Shown here in pieces: positions 47,401 through 58,758 of a DNA stretch of 64,000 bases. The notes under the pieces were generated by a model that did not search any database, had not been told where the DNA came from, and worked only from the letters and a program-made list of their open reading frames with translations. Positions within the stretch are counted from its first letter, which is position 1; each line of letters opens with the position of its first letter. Origin of the DNA: Myxococcota bacterium (GTDB taxonomy: Bacteria; Myxococcota_A; UBA9160; UBA4427). The DNA lies in contig OZ252299.1 in NCBI GenBank assembly GCA_965250285.1, positions 2,240,001-2,304,000 of the forward strand, in the 5' to 3' direction. The translations under genes and the position numbers were made by a program.

Positions 47401-48626
47401 CGACCCGACACCCGCGCCCGCCGCGAAGCAGCGATCCGCGTGTAGACCGCGCGCGTCTCATCGACGACGCGCTTCCAGTCGCGCACCTCGACCGCGCGCC
47501 GCGCATCGCGTGCGATCCGGCCGCGACGACGACCATCCGCGAGCCGGTCGAGTGCGGCAGCGAACGACTCGGCGTTCTCGACGTCGGCGATCACGAGATC
47601 GGGATCGACGAAGGGCGCGGTGTGCCCACATGCGCGACTCGTCACGACCGGCTTGCCGGCTGCGGCGGCCTCGAGCACGACCAGGGGCGCCGGGTCGTAG
47701 CGCGTGGGCAGCAGCAGGCCATCGCAGGCTGCGAGCCATCGATCGACGTCGCGTCGCTCGCCGAGGAATCGAACGCGCGCCTCCACCCCCAGCCTGCGGG
47801 CCAGGAGACGCCAGCGCAGCGGGCGATCGTGCCCGATCACCCAGAGCACGGAACGTTCGATGCTCGAACGCGCGAGCGCCTCGATGGCGATGCCGAGGCC
47901 CTTGCGGCGAAAGCCCGAGCCCAGGAAGAGCCAAACGGCGTCGGCACCGGCCGCGTGTTCGGCCCGCAGCGACTCGCTCGACGACGGCTCGGGCGGCGCC
48001 GCGAAGCGCGCGACGTCGACGCCGTTCGGCAGGTGGATCAGCCGGTCGTCGGGCACGTCGTAGTGTTGCCGAAAATCATCTGCGACGGCCTCGGACACGC
48101 ACTGGATCGCGATGCGCGGATCGCGGGCGATCTGTGCCTCGAGCTGAAGCTGGACGGCATGGCGCAGCGAAAAGCGGCGAGCCGTGCGAGCGAGCGCGCC
48201 ATGCACCGCGCGCAGGTAGGCCGCGTGACACCCCACGCCCGAATGGAAGAGATCCTGCGCATGGACCCGGGCGAAGCCATGCACCACGTCGAAGGGCTCG
48301 CGCTCGACGACCTGCCGCGCGCCGCGCGAGAACTCGAGCAGCCGCAGCCCTCGCACCGCTGCCGACGCGTTCACTCGGTGCACGCGCGCGCCGGTCCCCG
48401 CTTCGGGTTGCGCCGCCGCGTCGGCGTCGACGTCGCGGGCGATCACGTGGACCTCGTCCCCATGTCGCACCAGCCCGTCGGCCAGCTCGCGGACGACCCG
48501 CTCGACGCCGCTTCCGCCGCGGGTATACCGCTCGACCACGAGGGCGACCCGCAGCGGACGCCCGGCCTCGGCATCAGGGGGCACGGTGGGGCTCCTTGCG
48601 CGCACGCTCGATCGCTCGGGAGGCAA
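47397..48626 (-). CDS. glycosyltransferase family 4 (WaaG-like)
   Basis: GSGVER, PNGVD, GSGFRRKG and PTRYDPAPLVVLEAAAAGKPVV. The start is uncertain. Confidence 0.9.
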   Translation of the reverse strand: MPPERSSVRARSPTVPPDAEAGRPLRVALVVERYTRGGSGVERVVRELADGLVRHGDEVHVIARDVDADAAAQPEAGTGARVHRVNASAAVRGLRLLEFSRGARQVVEREPFDVVHGFARVHAQDLFHSGVGCHAAYLRAVHGALARTARRFSLRHAVQLQLEAQIARDPRIAIQCVSEAVADDFRQHYDVPDDRLIHLPNGVDVARFAAPPEPSSSESLRAEHAAGADAVWLFLGSGFRRKGLGIAIEALARSSIERSVLWVIGHDRPLRWRLLARRLGVEARVRFLGERRDVDRWLAACDGLLLPTRYDPAPLVVLEAAAAGKPVVTSRACGHTAPFVDPDLVIADVENAESFAAALDRLADGRRRGRIARDARRAVEVRDWKRVVDETRAVYTRIAASRRARVSGR

Positions 48627-48800
48627 CGCGCGAGCCCGAGCCAGGGGTCGAAGATCACGATGCTACCGGATGAACCCGGGTGACGCTGACCGACTCAGGC
48701 ACCTTCCGGGTCGAGTCGGCGTGAGCTTGATACCCTCGGCCGCTCGCGTGCCCTCGCGGTGTGCGAGCGCGAAGCCAGTCCTCGTTCATCGGAGCCCGAC

Positions 48801-50402
48801 ATGCCCCTCGACCCCGCCGACGTCGCCGCCTTCCAGTTCAACGGTCAGGACATTCCCTGGCTCGTCGAACACTGGGCGACGCACAAGCCCGACCATCCCT
48901 TCCTCGTATGGGAGCCGAAGAGCGGCGAGACGAAGACGTGGACGTACGCCGAGTTCGCCGACGCCGTCGCGCGGCTCGCCGGTGGCCTGCACGGCCGCGG
49001 CGTGCGCAAAGGCGACAAGGTGCTGATTCACGCCGAGAACTCTCCCGAGATGGTGCTCGGCTGGTACGCCTGCGCCAAGGTCGGCGCCGTCGGAGTCACG
49101 ACGAATACGCGCAGCGCCGGCGCCGAGCTCACGTACTTCGCCGAGCACACACAGTGTGTCGGTGCGATCACGCAGCCCCAGTTCGCCAAGCTCGTGCAGG
49201 ACAACTGCAAGGGGCTCGGCTGGATCGTCGTGACCGAGGACAACAGCGGCGAGGCGGCCGGCGCGGCCGACCTCGATCACGGCCTCGATGGCTTCGACAC
49301 CCTCTATGGCGAGGCCGATGCCTTCCCTGGCCGCCCCGCCGAGCCGATGCTGCCGGCGGGCATCATGTTCACGTCGGGTACGACGTCGCGCCCGAAGGCG
49401 GTCGTCCATACCCACGCCAACGCGCTGTGGGCGAGCCGCATGGGGCCCCAGAACATCAACATGCGCGAGCACGGCGTGTACCTGATCTATCTGCCGTTCT
49501 TCCACGTCAACGCCCAGAGCTGGTCGACGTGGACGACGCTCGGCGTCGGCGGCACGATCGTGCTGCAGCCGAAGTTCTCGAAGAGCCGCTTTTGGGAGGT
49601 GATCCTGCGGCACGACGTAACACACATCTCGCTGATCCCCTTCGTCTTCAAGGCCGTCGCCGATCAGCCGATCCCCGACCACAAGCTCGAGGTCGGCGTG
49701 TTCGGCCTGATCATGCCGGTGCTCGAGGGCTGGCTGAAGCTCAAGGTCACCGCGAACTGGGGCATGACCGAGACGGTGATCCACGCGACGCGCAACGACT
49801 TCTTCCAGACATATCCCGATGGCTCGATGGGCAAGCCGACGCCGGGCTACGAGTTCATGATCGTGAACCCCGAGACCGAGCAGCCCTGTCCGAACGGCGA
49901 GATCGGCGAGCTGTGGGTGCGCGGCACGCGCGGCGTCCAGCTCTTCCTCGAGTACTACGACAACGACGAGGCCAACTCGAAGTCGTTCACGAACGACGGC
50001 TGGTTCAAGACCGGCGACATGGTCGTGATGGGCGAGGCCGGGAACTTCTTCTACAAGGATCGCGACAAGGACGCACTCAAGGTCGGCGGTGAGAACGTCT
50101 CGGCCCGTGAGGTCGAAGACTGCGTGCGCACGGCCGGCGGGATCGGCGACGTCGCGGTGGTCGCGAAGAGCCACGAGATGCTCGACATGGTGCCGGTGGC
50201 TTTCGTCGTGCGCGGGCCCGATGCGCCCGAGAGCGAAGACGAGCATGCGACCAAGATCATCGATGCATGCAAGGCCAGCCTCGCCGACTTCAAGGTGCCG
50301 CGCGCGGTCTACTTCGTCGACGACTTCCCGAAGGCCACGCTCGACAAGGTGGCGAAGAACAAGCTGCGAGAGATGGCGGACGAGTATCCGGCCGTCGTCT
50401 GA
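48801..50402 (+). CDS. AMP-binding acyl-CoA ligase (CaiC-like)
   Basis: FTSGTTSRPK, PFFHVNA, WGMTE, GWFKTGD, KVGGENVS and FKVP. Confidence 0.92.
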   Translation: MPLDPADVAAFQFNGQDIPWLVEHWATHKPDHPFLVWEPKSGETKTWTYAEFADAVARLAGGLHGRGVRKGDKVLIHAENSPEMVLGWYACAKVGAVGVTTNTRSAGAELTYFAEHTQCVGAITQPQFAKLVQDNCKGLGWIVVTEDNSGEAAGAADLDHGLDGFDTLYGEADAFPGRPAEPMLPAGIMFTSGTTSRPKAVVHTHANALWASRMGPQNINMREHGVYLIYLPFFHVNAQSWSTWTTLGVGGTIVLQPKFSKSRFWEVILRHDVTHISLIPFVFKAVADQPIPDHKLEVGVFGLIMPVLEGWLKLKVTANWGMTETVIHATRNDFFQTYPDGSMGKPTPGYEFMIVNPETEQPCPNGEIGELWVRGTRGVQLFLEYYDNDEANSKSFTNDGWFKTGDMVVMGEAGNFFYKDRDKDALKVGGENVSAREVEDCVRTAGGIGDVAVVAKSHEMLDMVPVAFVVRGPDAPESEDEHATKIIDACKASLADFKVPRAVYFVDDFPKATLDKVAKNKLREMADEYPAVV

Positions 50403-50426
50403 GCGCGGTCGGACCACGCCGCGAAG

Positions 50427-51797
<1,371 letters not shown>

Positions 51798-51805
51798 CCG
51801 GAGAG

Positions 51806-51863
51806 TGTTTCACATGAAACGAATTGACACAAACTATGATTCACATGAAACGCATGTGAAACA
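51806..51863. promoter_or_regulatory. putative upstream activator sites (GTTTCA-CA-TGAAAC palindromes)
   Basis: GTTTCACATGAAAC (51807-51820), GATTCACATGAAAC (51838-51851) and inverted CATGTGAAACA (51853-51863), within an AT-rich island. Confidence 0.75.
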
Positions 51864-51909
51864 CCATGAGCGGCCTCGCGCGAATCACGACCACGAGAGA
51901 GTTTCACGG

Positions 51910-51926
51910 CTGGCATCCCTTCTGCA
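51910..51926 (+). promoter_or_regulatory. sigma-54 (-24/-12) promoter
   Basis: CTGGCATCCCTTCTGCA with GG at 51912-13 and GC at 51924-25 (canonical spacing), upstream of the PDO gene and divergent from a GAFTGA activator. Confidence 0.85.
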
Positions 51927-51968
51927 ATGAACCCGACCGGGCACACCGCCGAGCCCGTGGAGGACGCC

Positions 51969-52829
51969 ATGGAGATCAAGCCCTTCTTCGACCCCGACAC
52001 CTGGACCCTCACGTACGTGGTCCACCAGGAGGGCGTCGGCGTCGTCATCGATTCGGTGCTCGACTTCGACCCGGCCAGCGGCCGCACGGCCACCCGCTCG
52101 GTCGACGACGTCTCCGCCTACGTCGAGGCGCAGGGGCTGGACGTGCCCTGGGTGCTCGATACCCACGCGCACGCCGACCACATGAGCGCGATGCAAATCG
52201 TGAAGCAGCGCCACGGTGCGCGGACGGTGATCGGCGACGGCATCCAGGGCGTGCAGGCCACGTTCAAGAAGATCTTCCATCTCGGCGACGCCTTCGCGAC
52301 CGACGGCTCGCAGTTCGACCTGTTGATGGCGGGCGGCAGCACGATCGATGCAGGCCCCTTCGAGATCGAGGCGATCCACACGCCCGGTCATACCAAGGCG
52401 TGCCTCACGTACCGCATCGGCGACGCGCTCTTCGTCGGCGATGTCCTCTTCCAGCCCGACTACGGAACGGCGCGCGCCGACTTTCCCGGCGGCTCCGCCC
52501 CCGATCTCTACGACTCGGTCCAGCGCCTGTACGAGCTGCCCGGCGATACCCGCGTATTCACCGGCCACGACTACCTCCCGGATGGTCGCCCCCTCGCCTT
52601 CGAGAGCACGATCGCCGAGCAACGCACGCACAACGTGCAGCTGACGACGCAGACGACCAAGGCCGAGTTCGTGAAGTTCCGTGAGGAGCGCGACGGCGCG
52701 CTGGCGGTTCCGCGACTGATCCTCCCCTCGGTGCAGGTCAATATCCGCGCCGGTCACATGCCCGAGCCCGAGAGCGATGGCGTCTCGTACCTGAAGATTC
52801 CGGTCGACGTGATTGGAGGGGGACGGTGA
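51969..52829 (+). CDS. pdo: persulfide (sulfur) dioxygenase, MBL fold
   Basis: IDSVLDFD, DTHAHADH, HTPGHT, FVGD, GTARADFPGG, GHDY, STIAEQ and PRLILPSVQVNIRAG. Confidence 0.88.
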   Translation: MEIKPFFDPDTWTLTYVVHQEGVGVVIDSVLDFDPASGRTATRSVDDVSAYVEAQGLDVPWVLDTHAHADHMSAMQIVKQRHGARTVIGDGIQGVQATFKKIFHLGDAFATDGSQFDLLMAGGSTIDAGPFEIEAIHTPGHTKACLTYRIGDALFVGDVLFQPDYGTARADFPGGSAPDLYDSVQRLYELPGDTRVFTGHDYLPDGRPLAFESTIAEQRTHNVQLTTQTTKAEFVKFREERDGALAVPRLILPSVQVNIRAGHMPEPESDGVSYLKIPVDVIGGGR

Positions 52830-53404
52830 GCAACGCGACGATTCGAGAGATCGACCCGGCCGAGGTGTGGCCGCAGCTCGGCGACTACGTGGTCATCGAC
52901 GTGCGCGAAGATCACGAACTCGAGGGCCCGCTCGGCGCCATCGCCGGTGCCGTGCGCATCGACCGCAGCGCACTCGCCGACCACGTCGGCGGCTTCGCCG
53001 ACCGCGCCCTCCTCGTCGTCTGCCGATCGGGTCGCCGCAGCGCGGCGGCCTGCCAGGCGCTGCACGACCTGGGCCACGCCGATGCCACGAATCTCTCGGG
53101 TGGCATGATCGCCTGGAACGAGGCCGGGCTCCCGCTCGAGCGCCCGCCGGCACGCAGCCCGGCGGAGCTCGCCGACCGCATTGCCCACTGGTTCTCGATG
53201 ATGGTGCAGACCCCGGTCGACGCGGCGCGCGAGCGCCTCGGCCTCGATTCGGCGCCCGACGAAGGCGCGATCGCGCGCGCCCTCGACGAAGCGGTGCGCC
53301 AGCTCGACGCGGCGGGGCCGCCGGCCGACCTCGCCCTCTGCATCGGCGTCTTTCGCGCCGATCTCGCCGGCCTCGCCCAGGCGTCCAAGAGCGAAGCGCG
53401 CTGA
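52826..53404 (+). CDS. rhodanese-domain sulfurtransferase with C-terminal helical extension
   Basis: IDVRE, active-site loop CRSGRRS and LSGGMIAW. Confidence 0.88.
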   Translation: MSNATIREIDPAEVWPQLGDYVVIDVREDHELEGPLGAIAGAVRIDRSALADHVGGFADRALLVVCRSGRRSAAACQALHDLGHADATNLSGGMIAWNEAGLPLERPPARSPAELADRIAHWFSMMVQTPVDAARERLGLDSAPDEGAIARALDEAVRQLDAAGPPADLALCIGVFRADLAGLAQASKSEAR

Positions 53405-53407
53405 CCC

Positions 53408-54325
53408 ATGTCTCCCGTCGGCCTCGCCCTCGCGCTCGCCATCGGCGTCTCGCTCGGCTTCTTCGGCGGTGGGGGATCGATCCTCACGGTGCCCCTCTTC
53501 GTCTACGTCTTCGGGCTCGACCCCAAGGACGCCATCGCGAGCTCGCTGCTGGTGGTCGCGATCGCGAGCACGATCGGCGCGGCGCAGCATGCCCGCGCGG
53601 GCAACGTGCGCTGGCGCGAGGGCCTCGTGTTCGGTGTCGCCGGCATGGCCGGCGCATATCTCGGCGGCCGCGTCAGCGAGTTCATCGATGGCGGCGTGCT
53701 GCTGCTGCTCTTCGCCACGATGATGACGATCACAGCGCTCGCCATGTGGCGCGGGCGCCGGGCGCCGCCGCCGAACGCCGCCAGCGACGTGGGCGCGGTC
53801 GATGCGAGGGCCAGTGCACGACTCGCCGCACAGGGCCTGGTGGTCGGCTCGTTCACCGGCCTCGTCGGCGCGGGCGGCGGGTTCCTCATCGTGCCGGCGC
53901 TCGCGCTCTGGGCTCGGCTCCCGATGCCAGCCGCCGTCGGTACCTCGCTGGCCATCATCGTGTTGCAGAGCCTCGCGGGCTTCGCGGGCCACGCCGGCCA
54001 CGCCACGATCGACCTGCGCCTCGTCGCGACCGTCGCCGGCGTGGCGATCGTCGGCAGCGTGCTGGGCGCGATCGCGGCCAAGGCCGCCGACCCGGCCCGG
54101 CTGCGTCGCGCCTTCGCAGGCTTCGTGCTCGCGATGGCGGCGTTCATCCTGGTGCGCGAGGGCACGCTGGTCGCGCAGGCGGCCGGCGACGCCCTGCCCC
54201 GCACGCTGCCCCAGCTGGTCTTCGCCGCGCTGATGCTCGGCGTGGGCCTGTGGACCGGCCGCGCGACACGACGGGCCGAACAGGCCGTGTGGGATCTCGA
54301 CTTCGAGCAGGGCGAAGGCATCTGA
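53408..54325 (+). CDS. sulfite exporter TauE/SafE family
   Basis: LGFFGGGGSILTVP, GLVGAGGGFLIVPAL and AVGTSL. Many TM helices. Confidence 0.9.
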   Translation: MSPVGLALALAIGVSLGFFGGGGSILTVPLFVYVFGLDPKDAIASSLLVVAIASTIGAAQHARAGNVRWREGLVFGVAGMAGAYLGGRVSEFIDGGVLLLLFATMMTITALAMWRGRRAPPPNAASDVGAVDARASARLAAQGLVVGSFTGLVGAGGGFLIVPALALWARLPMPAAVGTSLAIIVLQSLAGFAGHAGHATIDLRLVATVAGVAIVGSVLGAIAAKAADPARLRRAFAGFVLAMAAFILVREGTLVAQAAGDALPRTLPQLVFAALMLGVGLWTGRATRRAEQAVWDLDFEQGEGI

Positions 54326-54351
54326 CTGCGCCCGCAACGAGGAGACACAGC

Positions 54352-54774
54352 ATGACCGACTTCTCCATCGGACCCGCGCTCGCGGGCGGATTCATGATCG
54401 GTGCAGCCGCGCTGCTGCTCGGCCATGGCGCCGGCCGCGTCGCCGGCATCAGCGGCATCCTCGATGGCCTGCTCGCGCCCGGCGCGGACGATCGCGGCTG
54501 GCGCCTGGCGTTCCTACTCGGGCTGCCGCTCGGTGCGCTCGGCGTGTGGTCCGCCGGGCTGGGCGAGCGCCCCTCGATCGAAGCCAGCACGGGGCTCCTC
54601 GTCGCCGCCGGCCTGATCGTCGGCTTCGGCACCCGCCTCGGCAGCGGCTGCACCAGCGGTCACGGCGTGTGCGGCGTGGCGCGCGGCTCGAAGCGCTCGA
54701 TCGTCGCCACCGCGACCTTCATGGCGACCGGCGCGCTCACCGTCTGGGTGCTGCGCCACGGCGGAGGGCTCTGA
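54352..54774 (+). CDS. YeeE/YedE-family sulfur transport protein, subunit 1
   Basis: GRVAGISG and [27 protein letters not shown]. Confidence 0.9.
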   Translation: MTDFSIGPALAGGFMIGAAALLLGHGAGRVAGISGILDGLLAPGADDRGWRLAFLLGLPLGALGVWSAGLGERPSIEASTGLLVAAGLIVGFGTRLGSGCTSGHGVCGVARGSKRSIVATATFMATGALTVWVLRHGGGL

Positions 54775-54776
54775 GC

Positions 54777-55232
54777 ATGCGCGCCCGCATCGTGCCGCCG
54801 CTCGCCGGCCTGCTCTTTGGCGCGGGTCTCGCCCTGTCGGGCATGACCAACCCCGTGCGCGTCCAGGCCTTCCTCGACGTCGCGGGCGCTTGGGATCCAA
54901 CCCTCGCGTTCGTCATGGGCGGCGCGCTCACCGTGACGATCATCGGGCCGCTCGTGCTGCAGCGCGCCGGGCTCGCGGTCACTCGCCCGACGGGCCCCCA
55001 GGCGCCGATCGACCGCCGGCTCGTGATCGGGTCGGCGCTCTTCGGGGTCGGCTGGGGCGCCGCCGGGTTCTGCCCGGGCCCGGCGATCGCCGGTCTCGCG
55101 AGCCTCGAACCGCGCGTCGCGCTCTTCGTCGCGGCGATGACCGCCGGCATGGCGCTCCACCGGCTCGTCCTGGGCTGGATCGATGCGAGACCAAGCGCGA
55201 CCCGCCGCGTCTGGGCGAGAGAGGACGGCTGA
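54777..55232 (+). CDS. YeeE/YedE-family (DUF6691-like) protein, subunit 2
   Basis: [26 protein letters not shown] and GFCPGP. Confidence 0.88.
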   Translation: MRARIVPPLAGLLFGAGLALSGMTNPVRVQAFLDVAGAWDPTLAFVMGGALTVTIIGPLVLQRAGLAVTRPTGPQAPIDRRLVIGSALFGVGWGAAGFCPGPAIAGLASLEPRVALFVAAMTAGMALHRLVLGWIDARPSATRRVWAREDG

Positions 55233-55245
55233 CGCGGCGACGCGT

Positions 55246-56499
55246 TCAGCGCGCCGGCTCGACCTCGAGGCGAACGAAGCCGCGGAAGCTCGGGATCGCG
55301 GCGTACTCGTAGCCGCCGGCCGCGATGCGCAGCGGGCCGAATCGGCCGTAGAGCGCCCGCAGGGCCTCCTGCGCCTCGACCTTCGCGAGATGGGTCCCCA
55401 GGCAGAAGTGCCGACCACCGCCGAACGCCAGGGTCGACTTGTCGACGCGGTCGAGGTCGAACGCGTCGGGGTCGGGGTGGACCCGCGGATCGTGATTCGC
55501 CGCGGCGAGCGAGACCGAGAGCGACTCGCCCTGCGCGATCTTCACGCCGCGCACCTCCATGTCGGCGCTCGCGATGCGGCCCGAGTTCGTGACCGGCGGA
55601 TCGAAGCGCAGCGTCTCGTCGACGGCGTCCGACACGCGCTCGGGGTCGTCGCAGAGCGCCTGCTGCTGATCGGGGAACGCCATCAGCGACTTCACGCTGT
55701 TGGCGATGAGGTCGGTCGTCGTGACGTTGCCCGCAATGAGCAGCAGATTGCACTGCATCACGATCTCGGTCTCGGTCAGCCGGTCGCCTTCGAGCTCGAC
55801 CGAGACCATGTCGCTGATCAGGTCGTCGCCGAGCGCGACCCGGCGCTTCGCGATCTCTTCTCGGAACAACGCATCGAGCTGCGCCTGGGCATGCATCGCC
55901 TCGTTCAGCTGCGCCTCGGAGGGCATCGGGTTGAAGCCCACCGCGACGCTGGTGTTCGACCACGCCTTGAAGTCCTCGTAGCAGCGCGTGTCGAGGCCCA
56001 TCATCTCAGCGATCACCACCGACGGGATCGGGTCGGCGTAGCGCGCGATCAGGTCGAACGAACCGTCGGGCAGCTCGGCGGTGATGCGCTCGGCGATGCC
56101 GCGCACGCGCTCGCGCCAGCGCTCGACGGCGCGCGGTGTGAACGATCGGTTCACGAGCTCGCGCAGCCGCCGATGCTCGGGGTCATCCATCAGCAGCATC
56201 GACGGGTCTTCGTCCTCGGCGTCGCGCCGCGACAGGAACTCACGCGTGAACGTGCCGGGGTTCGCCTTGCGCGGGTCGCTCCAGAGCGACAGGTCACGCA
56301 GGATCGCGTTCACGTCCTCGTGTCGCGTGAAGATGTATCGCTTGAGCTCGGCGTCGTAGTGCACCGGCTCGGTCTCACGCAGATGCGCGAGAATCGGGTA
56401 CGGGTTTTCACGGAAGTCGGCGTCGAGCGCGGTCAGCCGAAGCCCGGTCGGCCCGGTGTAGGCGCCCTCGCCCCGGTCGATGGCGGCGTCGCTGGTCAT
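55246..56499 (-). CDS. cytochrome P450
   Basis: DDPEHRRLR, I-helix AGNVTT, ETLR (ExxR) and heme motif FGGGRHFCLG. Confidence 0.95.
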   Translation of the reverse strand: MTSDAAIDRGEGAYTGPTGLRLTALDADFRENPYPILAHLRETEPVHYDAELKRYIFTRHEDVNAILRDLSLWSDPRKANPGTFTREFLSRRDAEDEDPSMLLMDDPEHRRLRELVNRSFTPRAVERWRERVRGIAERITAELPDGSFDLIARYADPIPSVVIAEMMGLDTRCYEDFKAWSNTSVAVGFNPMPSEAQLNEAMHAQAQLDALFREEIAKRRVALGDDLISDMVSVELEGDRLTETEIVMQCNLLLIAGNVTTTDLIANSVKSLMAFPDQQQALCDDPERVSDAVDETLRFDPPVTNSGRIASADMEVRGVKIAQGESLSVSLAAANHDPRVHPDPDAFDLDRVDKSTLAFGGGRHFCLGTHLAKVEAQEALRALYGRFGPLRIAAGGYEYAAIPSFRGFVRLEVEPAR

Positions 56500-57234
56500 C
56501 TAGAGCAGCCCTCCTTCGGGTGCCGGGCGGGCGCGCTGGTTGTAGAGCATCGCCCGCAGCTCCTCGATGCGCTCCTTCGTGAACTGTGAGGGATCGACGG
56601 TCATGTCTTCACCGACCGCCATGCCGCGCTGCACGCCCGACCTGGCCGAGAGCTCTTCGAACCAGCGCTTGAAGTACGGGAACTCGTCGATGTCCTGGCC
56701 GTAGTTCTCGTACTTGACCGTCCACGGGTAGCTGATCATGTCGGCGATCGTATAGTCGTCGCCGGTCAGGTAGCGACGGTCGTAGAGCCGATTGTTCATG
56801 ACGCCGAACAGCCGATTGACCTCGTCCTCGAAGCGACGCACGGCATACGACTGATCACCCTGGGTGTCGCCGAGCCGCCTGAAGTGGCCGCACTCGCCCG
56901 TCTTCGGACCCTGATTCGCCATCTGCCAGATCACCCACTGCTCGACCTCGGTGCGACCGCGCAGCCCTTCGCCGCGAAACCGGCCGGCCTTGTCTGCGAG
57001 GTAGAGCATCATCGCGCCGCTCTCGAAGACCGAGATCGGTTCGCCGCCGCCTTCGGGCGCGTGATCGACGAGCGCCGGCATGCGGTTGTTCGGCGAGATG
57101 GCCAGGAACTCGTCCTTGAACTGGTCCCCCATCCCGATCGAGCAGGGGACGACCTGGTAGGGCATCTCGAGCTCTTCGAGCAGGATCGTGACCTTCTTGC
57201 CGTTGGGCGTGGGCCAGAAATGCAGATCGATCAT
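56500..57234 (-). CDS. glutathione S-transferase, Nu-class (YfcG/YghU-like)
   Basis: PTPNGKK, SPNNRMP, FESGA and YTIADMISYPW. Confidence 0.92.
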   Translation of the reverse strand: MIDLHFWPTPNGKKVTILLEELEMPYQVVPCSIGMGDQFKDEFLAISPNNRMPALVDHAPEGGGEPISVFESGAMMLYLADKAGRFRGEGLRGRTEVEQWVIWQMANQGPKTGECGHFRRLGDTQGDQSYAVRRFEDEVNRLFGVMNNRLYDRRYLTGDDYTIADMISYPWTVKYENYGQDIDEFPYFKRWFEELSARSGVQRGMAVGEDMTVDPSQFTKERIEELRAMLYNQRARPAPEGGLL

Positions 57235-57324
57235 GGTGGGCTCCCCGTTCAGTCGGGAAGCATCGCACACTCGCACCGCCGCCGAGGCCGCTTGCAGGCC
57301 CACGCGGTGGGGCCGGGGCCCGGA

Positions 57325-58758
57325 TCAGTCGGAGCGGCGCGTCTCGTCGGACGCGTCGAGCGGCATCGCCTCGGCGACCTCGGCGTCGTCTGCCGACCCG
57401 CTGCCCAAGGCGCGCTCGATGCGGGCGCGCATGCGGTCGACCTCGTCGTCGCTCAGCGCCTGGTGGGCCGGGCTCTCGACGCGGCTCGGGTGGTTGCGAG
57501 ATGGATCGCTCTCGTCGATCGGCTCGAGCTCGGGAAGCACGTCGAGCGCGTCGACCTCTTCGCTCTCGGTGATGTCGCCAATGACGGCGACCGCCTGGAG
57601 CTCGTCGGCCTCGGGCTCGAGAAACGAGGTCAGCCGGTCGGCTTCGGCCTCGCTGATCGGCGCGGTGATCGGGTCGGCTGCGACGGGGCGCTCGCCCGAC
57701 GCGGCGTCGGCCGCAGCGGCGACGAGCTCGGGCTCGACCACGGCTTCGATCTCGGGCGCGAGCTCGGCCGACATCGGCTCGAGAGCGATGCCCTCGTCGG
57801 GCACGACGACCGCATCGGTCGGCCGACCGAGCGCGGCGGCGTCCAACGACCCGTCGAGGGGCACGTCGAGATCGGGGCCGACGGGCGCAATGTCCGACTC
57901 ACCCGACTCGATCTCGATCGATACGGCCGCGAGGTCGGCCTCGTCGACCTCGAGCGCGTCTTCGTCTTCGAGCTCGGCATCGGGATCGAGCTCGCGAATC
58001 AGCGCCACGAGCTTCGCGCGCTTCGCCTCGTGGATGTCCTCGACGGTGAGTGCCTGATGCGCGGCCGCGAGGGAGACCGATTCGTCGAAGGGGCGCGCGA
58101 GCTCGGCGACCCGCATCGCCAGACCCGGCGAGAGCTCGGTGTTCTCGGGATGCACGCACATGCGCAGCGCGGCGAGGATGGCGGCGCGATGCGCCTCGGG
58201 ATCGGGCGCGATGCGCGCCGCGTGCGAGGCACCGGGCGCATCCGAACCGAGCTCGCGTGGCGGTGCATCGGCCTCGGCCCGTGCGGTCTCGAACCCCTCG
58301 ACGAGGTCGGGCAACATGCGCACCAGCACCTGGGGCTCGACCAGCGCAGGCTCACTCACGCTCACGAGCTCGCGGAAGAACTGGGCCGCGAGCACCGTCG
58401 CGCCCTGCCCCGCGTGATGATGGACGAGCCGCGCGGCCGACTCGGTGGCCGCACCGGGTTCACCGAACTCGATGGCCACGTCCCAGAAAAAAGCGTCGGC
58501 CTCGGGGTCACCCGGCTCGGCCTCGACGGACTCGCGCGCCAGGAAGTACGCCGCGCCGAGATTGCCGCGGGCCTGAGCGTCGATGGCGTCGCGGAGGATG
58601 CGCTTCGGCGTCACGTCCTTCACGCCGTCGGCCACGCGCCCGGCGAACTCGCCCCCGCGCCGCGCGATCGAACCCAGGCGGTCGGCGATGCCGGCGCCCG
58701 GACCCTCGGCGGTCTTCGAGGGGGCTCCGTCACCCCGGATGCGGTCGAGCAGACCCAC
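57325..58758 (-). CDS. hypothetical protein: helical (TPR-like) N-terminal half and long acidic low-complexity tail
   Basis: GTG at 58758 with GGAGG upstream. Coding-like composition, with a D/E/A/P-rich C-terminal half. Confidence 0.6.
   Translation of the reverse strand: MGLLDRIRGDGAPSKTAEGPGAGIADRLGSIARRGGEFAGRVADGVKDVTPKRILRDAIDAQARGNLGAAYFLARESVEAEPGDPEADAFFWDVAIEFGEPGAATESAARLVHHHAGQGATVLAAQFFRELVSVSEPALVEPQVLVRMLPDLVEGFETARAEADAPPRELGSDAPGASHAARIAPDPEAHRAAILAALRMCVHPENTELSPGLAMRVAELARPFDESVSLAAAHQALTVEDIHEAKRAKLVALIRELDPDAELEDEDALEVDEADLAAVSIEIESGESDIAPVGPDLDVPLDGSLDAAALGRPTDAVVVPDEGIALEPMSAELAPEIEAVVEPELVAAAADAASGERPVAADPITAPISEAEADRLTSFLEPEADELQAVAVIGDITESEEVDALDVLPELEPIDESDPSRNHPSRVESPAHQALSDDEVDRMRARIERALGSGSADDAEVAEAMPLDASDETRRSD

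Noticed and set aside
52813..54351. 653-aa ORF fusing the upstream region to YeeE
   Set aside because: It overlaps the rhodanese and TauE genes in another frame. YeeE starts at ATG 54352 with an RBS.
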